64,000 bases of DNA, taken from Octopus sinensis (taxonomy: Eukaryota). Every line of letters starts with the position of its first letter. Position 1 is the stretch's first letter. Location of the stretch: positions 25,667,360-25,731,359 of the forward strand of contig NC_043019.1 in assembly GCF_006345805.1 (NCBI RefSeq), given 5' to 3'. A program made the translations under genes and the position numbers. Positions 13,354 to 29,452 of the stretch are shown piece after piece. The notes beneath the pieces are model-generated. The model searched no databases and was not told where the DNA came from. It saw nothing but the letters and a program-made list of their open reading frames with translations.

Positions 13354-13747
13354 CTAGCAGTATCACCCGGCGTTGCTCAGGTTTGTAAGGGAAATAACTA
13401 TATAAGCATTTTTAGAGATGTAAAGTATAATAGCCATCTCAATATGGCTAACCACAAAGAGGGGGGTTACTGTAGCTTTTTATGTTCTGAGATTTAATAA
13501 TAAATTTTTAGAGAGTTACTTCCCTTATATATGCCAAAAATGCATTAAAAATGGGAAAAATTGATGGTAATTTTTTTTTTAATCGTAGACTCATCGTAGA
13601 CGCGCGCTAACACCCAGAAGGGCTCGATATGAATCACGACTATAGGATACCCGGTTTTGGTTAAACTGCACCGCAAAATGTGGGAGTAGTTAGGAATCTA
13701 AATCGTAGGAGACAGACAGCACACAACCTCACTTTTATATATAAAGA
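13354..13747 (-). mobile_element. Non-autonomous Helitron, copy 1
   Basis: On the minus strand: A|TC start, subterminal hairpin CCTGAGCAACGCCGGG, CTAG|T end, no TSD. Confidence 0.88.
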
Positions 13748-14519
13748 TACCACTAACCAATCGCTAAACCATTCAATGCATACTATATGTTCCTAAAAAA
13801 CCTATGAACTATACTATTTATATTGTATGGCCCTCACCAAACGGAATTCACTTTACGTACTACTCGTACCAGACTTACTTTAGTTGAATAATCAAACTAA
13901 TGGAACACTCGACAGCATCAATGTAATTTTCTGCCATTGCTCTTCCCTAAAATAACTTCCAGACTCCACTCCTGTTTAGCGAACTCTTCTCGTAAATTCA
14001 ATCAAGAAGATATCAGCGTCTGTGTTTTCGAGTTTGTTTGTTTTTTCTTTTTATCAAATCGAAATAATTTTGTGAAGTTTTCTTTTGCCTCTTATCTTTC
14101 CTTATTTTGTCGTATTTTGTATAACACGTATATATATTTTGTTTTTATTTCATTTATATCATTTATATGTTTATATTGTATTTGGTTGTTTTATTAAATT
14201 CCCAGACACGGAGATGCATTAAGAATATCAATGTGTGCACAGAGTGCGTTTTGTACGTGTGTGTGTGTCTGTGCTTGTGTGCATAAGCCCATGCACACAC
14301 ACACATGCATACACGTAGACACAATCACACATATATACATATGTGCACAGCTAAGTAATTATGTATATATACTGTAGGCAACTGTGTGTTTTTTTATGTC
14401 TCTGTCTAAAGTGCATTTAAAATAAAAAGCTAAGCAATATTCTGATGCAAAATTGATCGAACCAAACAAGGTTAAGAACCGTTAAGAAGAAACCAGCTTC
14501 AAGTCTGTCTACTACAGCA

Positions 14520-14553
14520 TCAACAACCACAACTACTACTATAACTGCTGCTG

Positions 14554-14590
<37 letters not shown>

Positions 14591-14605
14591 AACTACTACT
14601 ATTAG

Positions 14606-14649
<44 letters not shown>

Positions 14650-14666
14650 ACTACTACTACTACTTT

Positions 14667-14763
<97 letters not shown>

Positions 14764-14790
14764 CACTGCTGCTACTGCTGCTGCTGTTGC
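14520..14790. repeat. (ACT)n/(GCT)n microsatellite
   Basis: Directly visible. Confidence 0.95.
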
Positions 14791-15381
14791 AGCTTCTGTT
14801 GTTGCTACGGCTGATGCTTCTGTTGCTATCGTCACCACCGCCATTAGTGTTGGTAAACGCTTCTCACATTTGGTCCGAGTTCACAAATCTATATTGACCT
14901 CTTAATCGATCATAGGTGTTTGATTTTTCCTTCTATCGACCCAAGAGCGATAGTAAGAAAAAAACAACAATTCTGGTGAGATTCGAACTCGGAACGAATT
15001 ATTATCCACAAGTAAATACCTGTAAAGGAGTCAGTAGAAAAAACAGCAGAGCTCAAGGCCAGATCTTGTTTTTAAGGGCCGTTAGACTAGCGGTGAGAAG
15101 GAAGGGTCTTATTCACAACCAGACCAAAACTACTAGTTCTAAATGCATTCAACAAAATGGGTTCCACTAAATTGATTCAGTGACCACGTGATGATATTGT
15201 TTAAGTGAATTGTTTATTAATGCTTATCATGTATACATAATCGAAATAAGCAAGAGGATATCAAGAAGTAATGCAGTATGACCGTTTCAAGAGCGTCTCC
15301 ATTTAATTGAAAAATGTAATCATTACATCAATTTAAATGCAGGGCTATCATCAGTTGCACACACACACACATATATATATA

Positions 15382-15776
15382 CTAGCAGTATCGCCCGGCG
15401 TTGCTCGGGTTTGTAAGGGAAATAACTATATAAGCATTTTTAGAGAGTTATAGCCAAAAAATAGGAAAAAATGCATTAAAAATGGAAAAGAAATTAAGGT
15501 AAATTTCTTTTTAAATCGTTGACACATCGTAGATATTTTTAGAGAGTTACTTCCCTTATATAATAGCGAAAAAATGCATTAAAAATGGAAAAATATGATG
15601 GTAATTTTTTTTAAATCGTAGACTCATCGTAGACGCGCGCTAATACCCAGAGGGCTCGATATGACTCACGACTATAAGATACCCGTTTTGGTTACACTGC
15701 ACCGCAAAATGTGGGAGTAGTTAGGAATCTAAATCGTAGAGACAACAGTACACAACTTCACTCATATATATAAAGA
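15382..15776 (-). mobile_element. Non-autonomous Helitron, copy 2
   Basis: A|TC...CCCGAGCAACGCCGGG-8 nt-CTAG|T on the minus strand; homologous to copies 1 and 3. Confidence 0.9.
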
Positions 15777-15882
15777 TATAAGTCACGTAGTTATATACAC
15801 ATACTTTGTTATATACACATTCTTAAAAGAAAATGTTATTTGAATACAACATTTATAAAGAATATATATTTTTGGTTTTTCC

Positions 15883-16740
15883 TTAACCCTGTCGTTACTA
15901 ATATTTCTGACCAAATTACACCCCTTATGTTTTCAATTAATTTCTAACGTAATCATAAATTTAGTCTGGTTTCATTAAACAACTTTTTTATTTATCAATA
16001 TATTAACGTGAATTTTGGAAGATAATTTAATGAAATGTCCTCAACCAATTCTATACTATAATTTTTGTCACAAAGTGACTCTAATTGCAGGTAGGTACAG
16101 GTAAATTCAACAAAATATAAAATTATTAAAATTTTGTTCAAACATCGCTATAGAAAATGGGTTATTAGCTAATATTCAATTGGGTATACAACAAAATTTT
16201 ACGATAGAATTTGTTATTCTGGGTAACTTTCTGATACCCATAATAATATTTATGGCAAAATAGGCCTTAATTTCAATTAAGGTTGTGGGAAATAACAAAC
16301 TATCCTTTCTTTCGTTTTGTTTACGTTTAGCGTAACGGTTCGTTTCTGCCATAATGATTTCAAATAGGCTCATTCGAAAAAGTAAAAATAAATAGTCTAA
16401 GGCTTTACTCTTCTGGGAAAGTCTGTGGCTTGGTGCAGTTTCTTCAGAAAAATCACCGAAAGAAACAGTTTTTAAATTTTCACTCCATTCAGGTACCAAT
16501 TCATTTTCTTAATCGCTGTCGGATTCACTGTTTTCACTTTAATAGCTGCAAACTTGCAAAGACAAAGGAGGAGAAGGGTGATAGCGTCAGTGAAACAGTT
16601 CGCTCCGTTTGTGTGTGTGTGCGTTTGCGTGTGGTGTAAACCAGACTAAGAAAAGCATTTGACATACACACCAGAATGTGAGTTTTCTGTAAATTTTGCT
16701 TAATTGGAGTTTAAATTTTTAAAAACTGGACCTGGCATGA
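15883..16740 (-). mobile_element. piggyBac-like element remnant with N-terminal transposase fragment (16176-16499)
   Basis: TTAA|CCCT terminus at 15883; ORF ...LDYLFLLFRMSLFEIIMAETNRYAK...EIKAYFAINIIMGIRKLPRI fits the piggyBac/PGBD N-terminal pattern; catalytic core absent and second TIR not found. Confidence 0.8.
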
Positions 16741-16883
16741 CCCGATGCATTCTACTCTTAAAAAATGCTAGGTAAATTGTAATTGAAGAAAATCCTATAT
16801 TGTAGATTTCTATAACTGACAAAGGGAGGCAGATAAAATCTGCCTTTTATATAAGATATAATATATATATATATATATATATA

Positions 16884-16919
<36 letters not shown>

Positions 16920-17244
16920 ATAAAAACGGTAAGATAACAAAAGAAAGAAAGAGACCTCAATATTATTTAAATAGAGGAATTTTCTATACAATATGTTACA
17001 TTACTCGGTAGTCAAGATAAAACATATTTTTACAGGAAGAAAAGAAAGTAAAAACAGAAAAGGTATAAATGATCAAATTATTGAGAGAAAAAAATACAAA
17101 CCCAACTCACGAAAGAAATAAACGAAACGTGAAAATAGAGGTCATAATATGAATAATGGATTAAGTCTATTTGCTGTCAGGAACTAAATTCCTTGTAGCA
17201 TTTATTTAAATTCATTTACATTCTAATTTCAAATCACATCTCAA

Positions 17245-17275
<31 letters not shown>

Positions 17276-17280
17276 AAACA

Positions 17281-18172
17281 TTATTGGTGAATTGAAGAAA
17301 TGGAGCTGAACGCAGATTGAACAGAAATCGTTTTATTTCATTCTACACGTGTTTCGAAAGGCACAAATTACCAAAATCCGATTGAATAATGGGACCATAT
17401 TGTGTCTTTCTCTTCAGGAAGAAAAAAGGAAATCCGTTGGAAAAACAAAAACAGAACAGAGGCGGAGCAAAAAACAATCGAACTGTGCTCCTAAGAGCCC
17501 ATGGCGAAACTGTTTATCAGTGTATGTTGAGAACCGGTGGCTGAAGAATTCAACGGGTCAGGCATCGGTCAATCATGTGGGTGAGGGTGTATAGATGTTC
17601 TTTGTGACCGAGAATAAAGTTCTGACTATTTAAAGAATATTGGATGTTTTAAAGGGGCGAGAAAAATCTACTTAGAGACGTGTGTGTGTGTATACTGTTC
17701 TATATATGTGTGTGTTTGGCGGAGGGGTAGAAAACATTTTTTGTGTGTCGTGTGTGCGTTTGTCGTTCGGCTGTCAGTGGCTACTGCCGTGATAACCGTT
17801 GGGTGGCAGAAAAAAAAAATAAAAAAATTTATATATATATATTATGTTTTATGTGTGTGTGTGTGTGTTCATCTAAGCCTGCCTAGACAAGGAAAACCCC
17901 CCCTGTGAAAAAACCAAGCCCCGTTTGTTCTTACAGGAGTAATTTCCCTTGCAGTGGTTAATCGTAGATATCTTAAAGGCTATTTCAGAAATTTGTTACC
18001 AAGGGCTATGGGTGCCGGTATTATTTATAAACGCTATTTAAAGGCCAGATAAGTGTAACGCCGCCAATGGGGGCATCGAAAAGCCGACTGTAAGAGCCCG
18101 TTTACCATCCGGCCTCTGGCAAACAAAATATGGAAGAGTTCGGAGACACAAAGGTTGCACTGTCTTCTGCCC
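17281..18172 (-). mobile_element. Penelope-like element 3' fragment (GIY-YIG C-terminus 18034-18172 plus pseudo-LTR)
   Basis: RQCNLCVSELFHILFARGRMVN...RCPHWRRYTYLAFK* matches the CxLC...CxH end of PLE endonucleases; hammerhead motif downstream. Confidence 0.7.
17331..17427 (-). ncRNA. Minimal type I hammerhead ribozyme motif
   Basis: Minus strand: ttttcttc-CTGAAGA-Gaaagacacaa...ttgtgcctttC-GAAA-C-acgt-GTA-gaatgaaa. Complete core, long stem II, palindromic stem III ACACGTGT, stem I with one mismatch. Confidence 0.8.
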
Positions 18173-18193
18173 CTATCGGGGTCTTCTGCCCCT

Positions 18194-18482
18194 TTCGGGG
18201 TCGATAAATTAAGTACCGGTTGCGTACGGGGGTCGGTCGATCTAACGACTGTCTGCTCCCCCAAAATTTCGGGCCTTGTGCCTAGCGTAGAAAAGAACAA
18301 TAATACATACATACATACATACATAACATACATACATATATATATATAAATATTTGAGTGGATGAATGAATTATCTTATTAAGGATAATTCGAAAGATAA
18401 CCGATACCTGGTAGCAAATTCACATCAGAAAGAACACGGTGAAGCTACGTCCCTAGGCCATAGACTACGTGTCTTCGTGCGG

Positions 18483-18550
<68 letters not shown>

Positions 18551-18682
18551 CTATGTATGTATGTATGTATATATTGTTCTTTTCTACGCTAGGCACAAGG
18601 CCCGAAATTTTGGGGGAGCAGACCAGTCGATTAGATCGACCGACCCCAGTACGCAACCGGTACTTAATTTATCGACCCCGAA
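18194..18682. repeat. Inverted duplication of a SINE B segment plus adjacent microsatellite
   Basis: 18194-18345 versus 18545-18682 share private variants; one substitution and two 1-nt indels in the unique part. Confidence 0.85.
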
Positions 18683-18990
18683 GAAAGAAAGAAAGAAAGA
18701 AAGAAAGGCAAATTCCACCTCGGCGGAATTTGAACTTAGCACGTAAAAGCAGAAGAAATACCTACTTCTTTACTACCCATAAGGAGCTAAACACAGAGAG
18801 GACAAACAGGGACAGACAAACGGATTAAGTCGATTATATCAACCCCAGTGCGTAACTGGTACTTATTTAATCGACCCCGAAAGGATGAAAGGCAAAGTTG
18901 ACCTCGGCGGAATTCGAACTCACAACGTAACGCAGACGAAATACCGCTTAGCATTTCGCCCGGTGTGCTAACGTGTCTGCCAGCTTGCCA
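18575..18990 (-). mobile_element. SINE family B, two adjacent or nested copies
   Basis: Reverse-complement matches with both tail variants. Confidence 0.88.
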
Positions 18991-19099
18991 TATGTACTTT
19001 TTATTCGTGAATTGTGGATGAATGGCAAGAGTAGCAGTCAACCTCCTTCATCCCCAGTACTCTCGTTCATTCTCTATCTCTTTTTCTCGTTCTTTTAGG

Positions 19100-19520
19100 T
19101 TTTATCTTTGACCTGTTTCAGGCTTTAGACTGCGGCCATGCTGGGACACCACCTTCAAATATTTAGTAAGACGAATCGACCCCAGGGCTTCGTTTTTAAG
19201 CCTGTGTATGTATATATGTGTGTGTGTACACGACGGACTCCTTTCAGTTTCCGTTTATCAAATCCATTCACAATGCCCTGGTCTATCCGACGATATAGCA
19301 GAAGGATTTTGCCCTATGCCCCACGCTGTAGGACTGAACATGGAGAAATGTGGTTGATATCACCGGTTTCTTTCGGTGTCCGTCTACGAAATCCACTCGC
19401 AACGATTTGGTCGTCCCAAAACTATAGCAGAAGATTTTTGCCCAATGTGCTACGAAGGAGCACAGACTGAACCCGGAACCACGTTGCTATAAGGAAGCGT
19501 TTTATCACAAGTTATGCGCT
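19100..19520 (-). mobile_element. SINE family A with duplicated head module
   Basis: Two diverged head/core modules (about 19236-19355 and 19365-19520) followed by one tail. Confidence 0.75.
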
Positions 19521-20059
19521 TGGTGTAACGTCTCCTAGTTACATATTATTTCTGTATTTAATGCCGTTATTTACTCTAGCTTCTTTTGTATGTGAAGGAA
19601 AATATCCGACTAAAGAATAAACATCATTGTATTATATGGATGATTAGGCTTTCGTGCTGGTAGCGGTCGGCAGAGCTGGTTGTATGCTTTGGCGTATTAT
19701 CTCAAGTTCAGTTGGGAGAAAATAGACCAGGTTTCCGTCGCCATGTACATGTTTCGTTACATTTTTACTTTATCAAGCATGCAAACAGAAAAAAAAATTC
19801 ACGCAAACATCGCAAATAATTTCATCTATATGTTTATTGATCAATTTATCGATCTGCCTGTATTTATAGCAATATCTATCTATGTGAATACATGTTTCTC
19901 AATTTGAATAATACTTTTGTTTGTATGTCTTTCCCTTCCTTAAGAATTCTTTCTTCTCTCTCCCCCTCTCCCCGTCCTTCACTTTCTCTCTCTCCTTCTC
20001 TCTCTCTCTCTGTCTTTCGCTCACTCTCTCTATCCCTGGATATTTCTTGCAGCTCATCC

Positions 20060-22680
<2,621 letters not shown>

Positions 22681-23086
22681 AGAACAGTGTCTTAGCCTGG
22701 AAACAAGTAAATACGCACTATATCAACAGAGATATAACATGTATGCACGCACACACACACACACACACACACAGTCATTCCTAATCGATAATTAATTATC
22801 CTGAACTATTTTAATCAATAATTACTGAAGTTAAAGAAACGGCCAATGAAGTGGAATTACTGAATCCGGGAGAGGAAAGAAAAAACACTAAACTCATCGA
22901 ATAATTACTTCGGTGACTAAGTATCTATTCGAATGACAATAAAATGTGACGCTAAAAGGAGGCTGAAGAGGTGTTGAGGTGCCAACCACTCTCAGTTACA
23001 GACGGAGAGTAACAACAATCCGCTGCAAAATAGATTTGACATTTGAGTTCTTTAATTTGTTTACTATAATATTATTAAGGCGGTGA

Positions 23087-23225
23087 GCTGGCTGAATCGT
23101 TAGCGCGTTGGACGAAATAGCGGTATTTCACCCATCGCTATGTTCTGAGTTCAAATTCCGCCGAGGGTGACTTTGCCTTTCATCCTTCGGGGCCGATGAA
23201 TTAAGTACCTGTTACGCACAGCTAG
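23087..23225 (+). mobile_element. SINE family B, 3'-truncated
   Basis: aaggcggtgagctggctgaatcgttagc...gagttcaaattccgccgagg. Confidence 0.85.
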
Positions 23226-23236
23226 GACACAAGTAT

Positions 23237-23395
23237 TTATGATCCACTGAGTACTTCTTTGGCTGTCTGGTTGAATGCTTTATCGAGGTTTTTCCGTTTC
23301 CTTTCAATGTCAGTATGTTCTGGAATCGCCTCAAGCAAAGCAAATTTATTCTTTAGCTCTATAACGAACTTACTTTTGATATGCTGATACGTGTC
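23237..23395 (-). mobile_element. LINE fragment (RTE-like linker between endonuclease and RT)
   Basis: FVIELKNKFALLE...IERKRKNLDKAFNQTAKEVL resembles the F.IEL.N.F..L...W.......TA.EVLG linker of RTE-type LINEs. Confidence 0.55.
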
Positions 23396-24209
23396 TGGGA
23401 GGAATTCTCTTATCGCATTGATGTTGCCCATGCCGCAGGTGATGGCCACATTGAACACTTATAAGACAGGAAATAAAAGTTGATTGTGAGTAAATACTCG
23501 TGACCTAGCTGGAGTTTTCTATTGCTTTTCCTTATGAAAATATTGCGTAGTGAAATCGGTTCATTCTTTTTGAATAACCCTGTATATCAGTTTCCACCGA
23601 CGAAAATCCACTCACAAGGTTTTAGTCGGCCCGAGGTGATCGTAAAAGATATTTGTGCAAGGTTCCACTCAGTGAACCGGGAACCAAATAGAGCAAAAAT
23701 AACAGCATGTAAATATTAGGTTAAAAATCTTTTGGATAGAAAAAAACAAATAGCCAACTGTTATGCATGGAACTCGAACCCACATCTGCCGTAAAGATGA
23801 CTGGCGTTCTACCACTAGACCAAAACAAAACTCTGAATTTCTTCCATTTTGGGATCTGTTTTCTTACCAGCGAGAACTGCATGTTGCTGACGCCTGCTTC
23901 AAGATTCAGGAATATAATTTTTCATACAACTAAGTGGGAACAGCTTATTGACCTTGACCGCTACGTGGTCACTCAACTTGCTAGAAATAATAGCGGAATA
24001 TGTTTTGAATCAATAGACCTTACGTTTTAGTAAAAAAAGAAATCAAAAAACATCACACGTTGGATAAGTTGATCTAAGGTTCAACTGTGACTAGGAATGA
24101 CGGGCGAAGGTCACGGTCTGAACGTCTTTGCTTCTGTGTCTACGAGATGGAAGCTAACTAACAGCACTACCACACGAACAACCAACAGTAACAACCACAA
24201 AACACCAAC

Positions 24210-24214
24210 TGCTG

Positions 24215-24285
<71 letters not shown>

Positions 24286-24660
24286 GCTGCTGCCACTACT
24301 ACTACTACTACTACCACTAGTACTACTACTACTACTACTACTACTGCTGCTACTGCTGCTGCTACTACTACTACTATTACTACTACTACTACTGCTGCTG
24401 CTGTAACTGCAGCGTATGCTGTGACTGCAGCAAATGCTGTTGCAATTTCAACACGACTAACAACAGCAACGACAACTGCATCTGCAATAAAAAACATTGA
24501 AAACAATACAAACAATGTAAAAAAAAATGATCCAACAACAACGATAATACTAAGAACAACAAAACCGCCAACAGAGTCTGCAACACAACGCAAATAACAA
24601 CAACAGCTGCACCAACAACACCACCTCCACCACCACGAACAACAACAACAACGGCAGTCA
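24210..24660. repeat. (ACT/GCT)n and (CAA)n microsatellites
   Basis: Directly visible. Confidence 0.9.
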
Positions 24661-25029
24661 TTAATTATAGTTGTTTGCGACATGAAGTTTCTTGTGATAG
24701 GTAAATCTAAAAAATTACTATTTTGTTTTCTAATTTAAAAATTTTGATTAATTCTTCAAATAGAATTGTATTCAGAAAAGCAACAGCGTGTAAAATACGC
24801 GTCTTGTTTACAATATTTGGAAATTGTATTATCTTAGAAAACAGTTTCAACTTTGGAATTTAACCAGAAAATCTCGTTCAATTATCTTCACGTGGAAGCA
24901 GTGTGCAAAACTAGAAGTCGAGTCGATTAGGTTTTTATGTAATGTTTTTTTCATGTGAACATTCTTGTATTGTTATCCGATGAGATAAAAATCTACAAAG
25001 CAGTTTGTGCGATAAATGTGTATGTGCTT

Positions 25030-25572
<543 letters not shown>

Positions 25573-28569
25573 TTAAGTTTATATATTTTGCTGCGCATAT
25601 TTAGCGATATTGTCAGTGTTATCACTTGTTCCTAAAACAAAATACATTCAGCCACGAGTCCATAAAAATTAACCCTACTTCCATTGTTATTTATCGATAA
25701 CAGGCCACTCTTTGTTGAAACCGTAGGTCCACCGCCGTCAGGTTATCTTACAAATACACATTTATCATAGATTTCCGTGCTGTGTTTCCAGTAACTTTCT
25801 AGATTTTAAAACCACAAAGAGATTATAGTTTTTTGTTTTTTTTATTCCTAAAAGTGAAATATCAGAATCGATCACAGTGAATCACGATGCAGAATTAAGT
25901 TGGAAAATACACTTTTGGCCTCAAGACAATAAAAAACCCCATAGTTTGCGCAGTCAGGCAGATTTAAATGCTTTGATTTGTGATCCATAACTTTCAAAGT
26001 GACAAGCAGAGAGGCTGAGATTACATTTTCGAAGTTGTTGCCTTTTAGCGAAAGAAACAGACGGTTTTGTTTACAGAAAACTTCAAAAGATATTTTTGTT
26101 CATGGCTTGTGGCTGTGTAACTGTAAGAAGTAGGGAAATACTTTGACTTTCTGTCACCCTCGCCAGTTAGACCACTAAAGTTTTCACAAACCACTTCACC
26201 GTAGGTAGGTTATTTCGAAATAAATATTTGTGCTGCTGACTGTTTTCAGATGTTCAGCTGTGTATACATCAATGTCGTAAATATTTCTTTACGGTCACAC
26301 ATTAAATATCTAAACAAACTAGAAAACAAACATGAAATAAATATGAATGAAACAAACATATGTAAGTGTAGAGCAAACAATATGCTTCTGGTTTATGAAT
26401 AATGCAAATAAGCTTTCAATATCTTCTCATAAATTAAGAAACAGTATTAGCATCTCAATTCTGTTTTCATTTCCCTAATATCTAAGTTCTTTATACTTAA
26501 TCTTTAACCATTTTCTCTCTCTCTCCTGACAATTCAGGATGTTATGTTTAGTCTTTGGTGATTTTACTTCTAGAACCTAAGGTCTTTTATGTTTAGTCTT
26601 TAACCATTTTCTATCCCCTGATATCAAAGGCCTTAATGCCTATCCTCCAATAATCTGTACACGTGACTAAAGAATAAGTGTAATGTATACAGAGAAGTCG
26701 GTTGCGTAAATTAAGTAAACATTTTAAAATAAATTATCGAAGGGAGAAAGTGCAGAGTCCACAATAGAAAAGGAGGTCCCCAGAGCTGATGAGATTAATG
26801 TTAATAGACTTCTGTATAAACATTTTTCGGTAAATATCTACAGGATCTACAAGGGCGGAAAAGTCTGGTCTGAATGATACGGACATCGGATAGTGATACT
26901 GCGTTTAAATCCAGATCAGCTCTGCTTTAGCTGGCCTATATTCAACTACACTCTATTTGTGGACATTATACCTTTATTTTAGACATTTGGTATCTAGAAA
27001 TACAGGATCCACTCAGTCGTGAACCTTTAAAGAAGATAACGTATGATATGCGAGAGACTTAACTGTTATATATATAGGGTTTTGCGACCACGTAAATGTT
27101 TTGTCATTTCCTGGCAAAAGATGGTGATTAAAAGTGTAGCATGTTAGACCAAGAACTCCATAAAGAAACGCTTCACAGAAGGGTGAAGGAGCACACTTTA
27201 AATTCTCGAAATTCAAAGTTCAAATGCCAATGATTTCCTCAAAGATGCTTTTTACAAGATTTGCTGAGATCAATACCACTTCGACGTTTCACATTAACTG
27301 AAATAAAATGAGAGAGTTGTAATGGTAACGGACACAATTTCAGAGTCTAGGTATGGAGATATTTCACATAAAGAGAAAAAAATTTTAGCCCAAGTGTCAT
27401 AAACTAAATTAATTACTGAATAAAACTTCATAAACTACATCAGTTACAGACATATAAAAATATGGAATCCTATAAGAAACTGAATTCGGTCTGTGTCGGG
27501 AATTTTTTAAAATTGTGAATCGGCACATTCGATCTTCGGACAGAATGCTTGGCCGTATATGTTCCATCTGTCTGCTCTTTGCATTCAATTCACGCCGATG
27601 TCAACTTTTCCTTTAAATTCTTTGGGGTCAATAAATAAACCACCAGTTAAATACTGGTTACGTTTCTCCTTCCATATATCACACTCTCTATTTCTCTATC
27701 TCTCTCCCTCTTTCTCTCAGTGCCTCATAGAGGAATGATTACGCTGCGGCCGCACCGTTACTTTCCCAACACCTTATGGTGGCCTCAGTGAAAACAAACG
27801 GTTCAAAAATAAGTCCACATCAGAGATTGATAGAAGACTTCAATAAATGCATTTGTCATAAAACATGATGAAAATAACGTTTCGGGTTTTTTTCTCTTCA
27901 AATGAGAGTGAAGTAGACAGAGAGCAAGTAGTGTCCTTGATGCATTAATTGCGAAATACAATAATATTCACTGACAAATCTTCTAATGAAAGCAACGACA
28001 GTTTTTTTCTATATTTCTCTGACAAGGAGCTACAGTCGGAAATGTGAAGTATTTTATACACTCCTCTACAGAGCAATTGAACTTTACAAGCTGTTCCACA
28101 ATGCTTTCTGTGAATAACTTAGAACTAATAGATAATTTATCAAAGATATGGATTTGAAAATAATATCTCCAGGTAGTTGGTGTGTTTTTTTTCTTTTCAG
28201 TTCCGACTTGACTCAGTAAATCTATACTCAAAGAGGTTCCAAACATAACCATCCACGGTTCTCTAGGACAAGTTCATCTAGGACTACATTATATGATACG
28301 TGCAGTACTCATCAAATCAGTGCGTTCTGTTGTGAGGTAGATTTGGCTGTTATATTTAGCAGTCCGAGCTACAGCGTATTTAAAAAAAAATTTTTCTCTT
28401 TTTTGGAAAGCAGTTCGAAGCCATTGGGAATTTTGCTATGTTATGATTAGATATTTAATTCCCTCATGATTACCTCTTCTTATCTTTTAATTTATTTTCA
28501 GTTGAGAAATTGAAAGGCGTAGATATAAGGGAATATTTCAGAAATGGAAAACAGGCCCCAATGCCATTC

Positions 28570-28573
28570 ACTA

Positions 28574-28640
<67 letters not shown>

Positions 28641-28779
28641 GACACACACATACACACACACACACACGCGCACGCACGCACGCACGCATACAAGCACGCA
28701 AACACATACACGCAGCTATACAGAGAGAGAAAGAGAAGGAAAGAAAGAAAGAAAGAAAGAAAGAAAACAGAAAGAAAAA

Positions 28780-28811
<32 letters not shown>

Positions 28812-28815
28812 AACA
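28570..28815. repeat. (CA)n plus (GAAA)n microsatellites
   Basis: Directly visible. Confidence 0.95.
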
Positions 28816-29197
28816 GAGTGAAGAGGCAGGAAAGACCTGCCATGCAACCCCATCGAGACATACCAGTGACGTGAGATTACAGTTAAACGTGAGATAAGAC
28901 ACAATTAATGCGTATATGTGTGTGTGCTTTATATGTGCATGACAGACAGACAGACAGACAGACAGACATAGACTTAAGGAAAATTCGAAGTAATACTTTT
29001 AAAGCACGAGTTAATCGCTTAAATTAATATTAATATTACTTATTAATAAATTTCCTTATCTATAAAACTCCAGTAATATTGGAAATATATTTTTCATGTA
29101 AATAATTTTATATGTGTGTATGTCTCAGTATAGTATAACATAATACATGATATATACTACGAATATATATATGTATATATATATGTGTATATATATG

Positions 29198-29251
<54 letters not shown>

Positions 29252-29350
29252 AGTATGTGTATATATATATATATACACGTATATATGTGTGTGTATATGT
29301 ATATATATATACATGTATATATATATTATGTATGTATATATATATACATG

Positions 29351-29452
<102 letters not shown>

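Noticed and set aside
24097-24683. Thr-rich mucin-like or Val-rich membrane-like ORFs
   Set aside because: Built from (ACT/GCT/CAA)n repeats, open on both strands, with no splice or domain support.
27870-27905. Minus-strand TTGAAGAG...CGAAACGTT
   Set aside because: C3 is altered and stem II cannot form; at best a decayed remnant.
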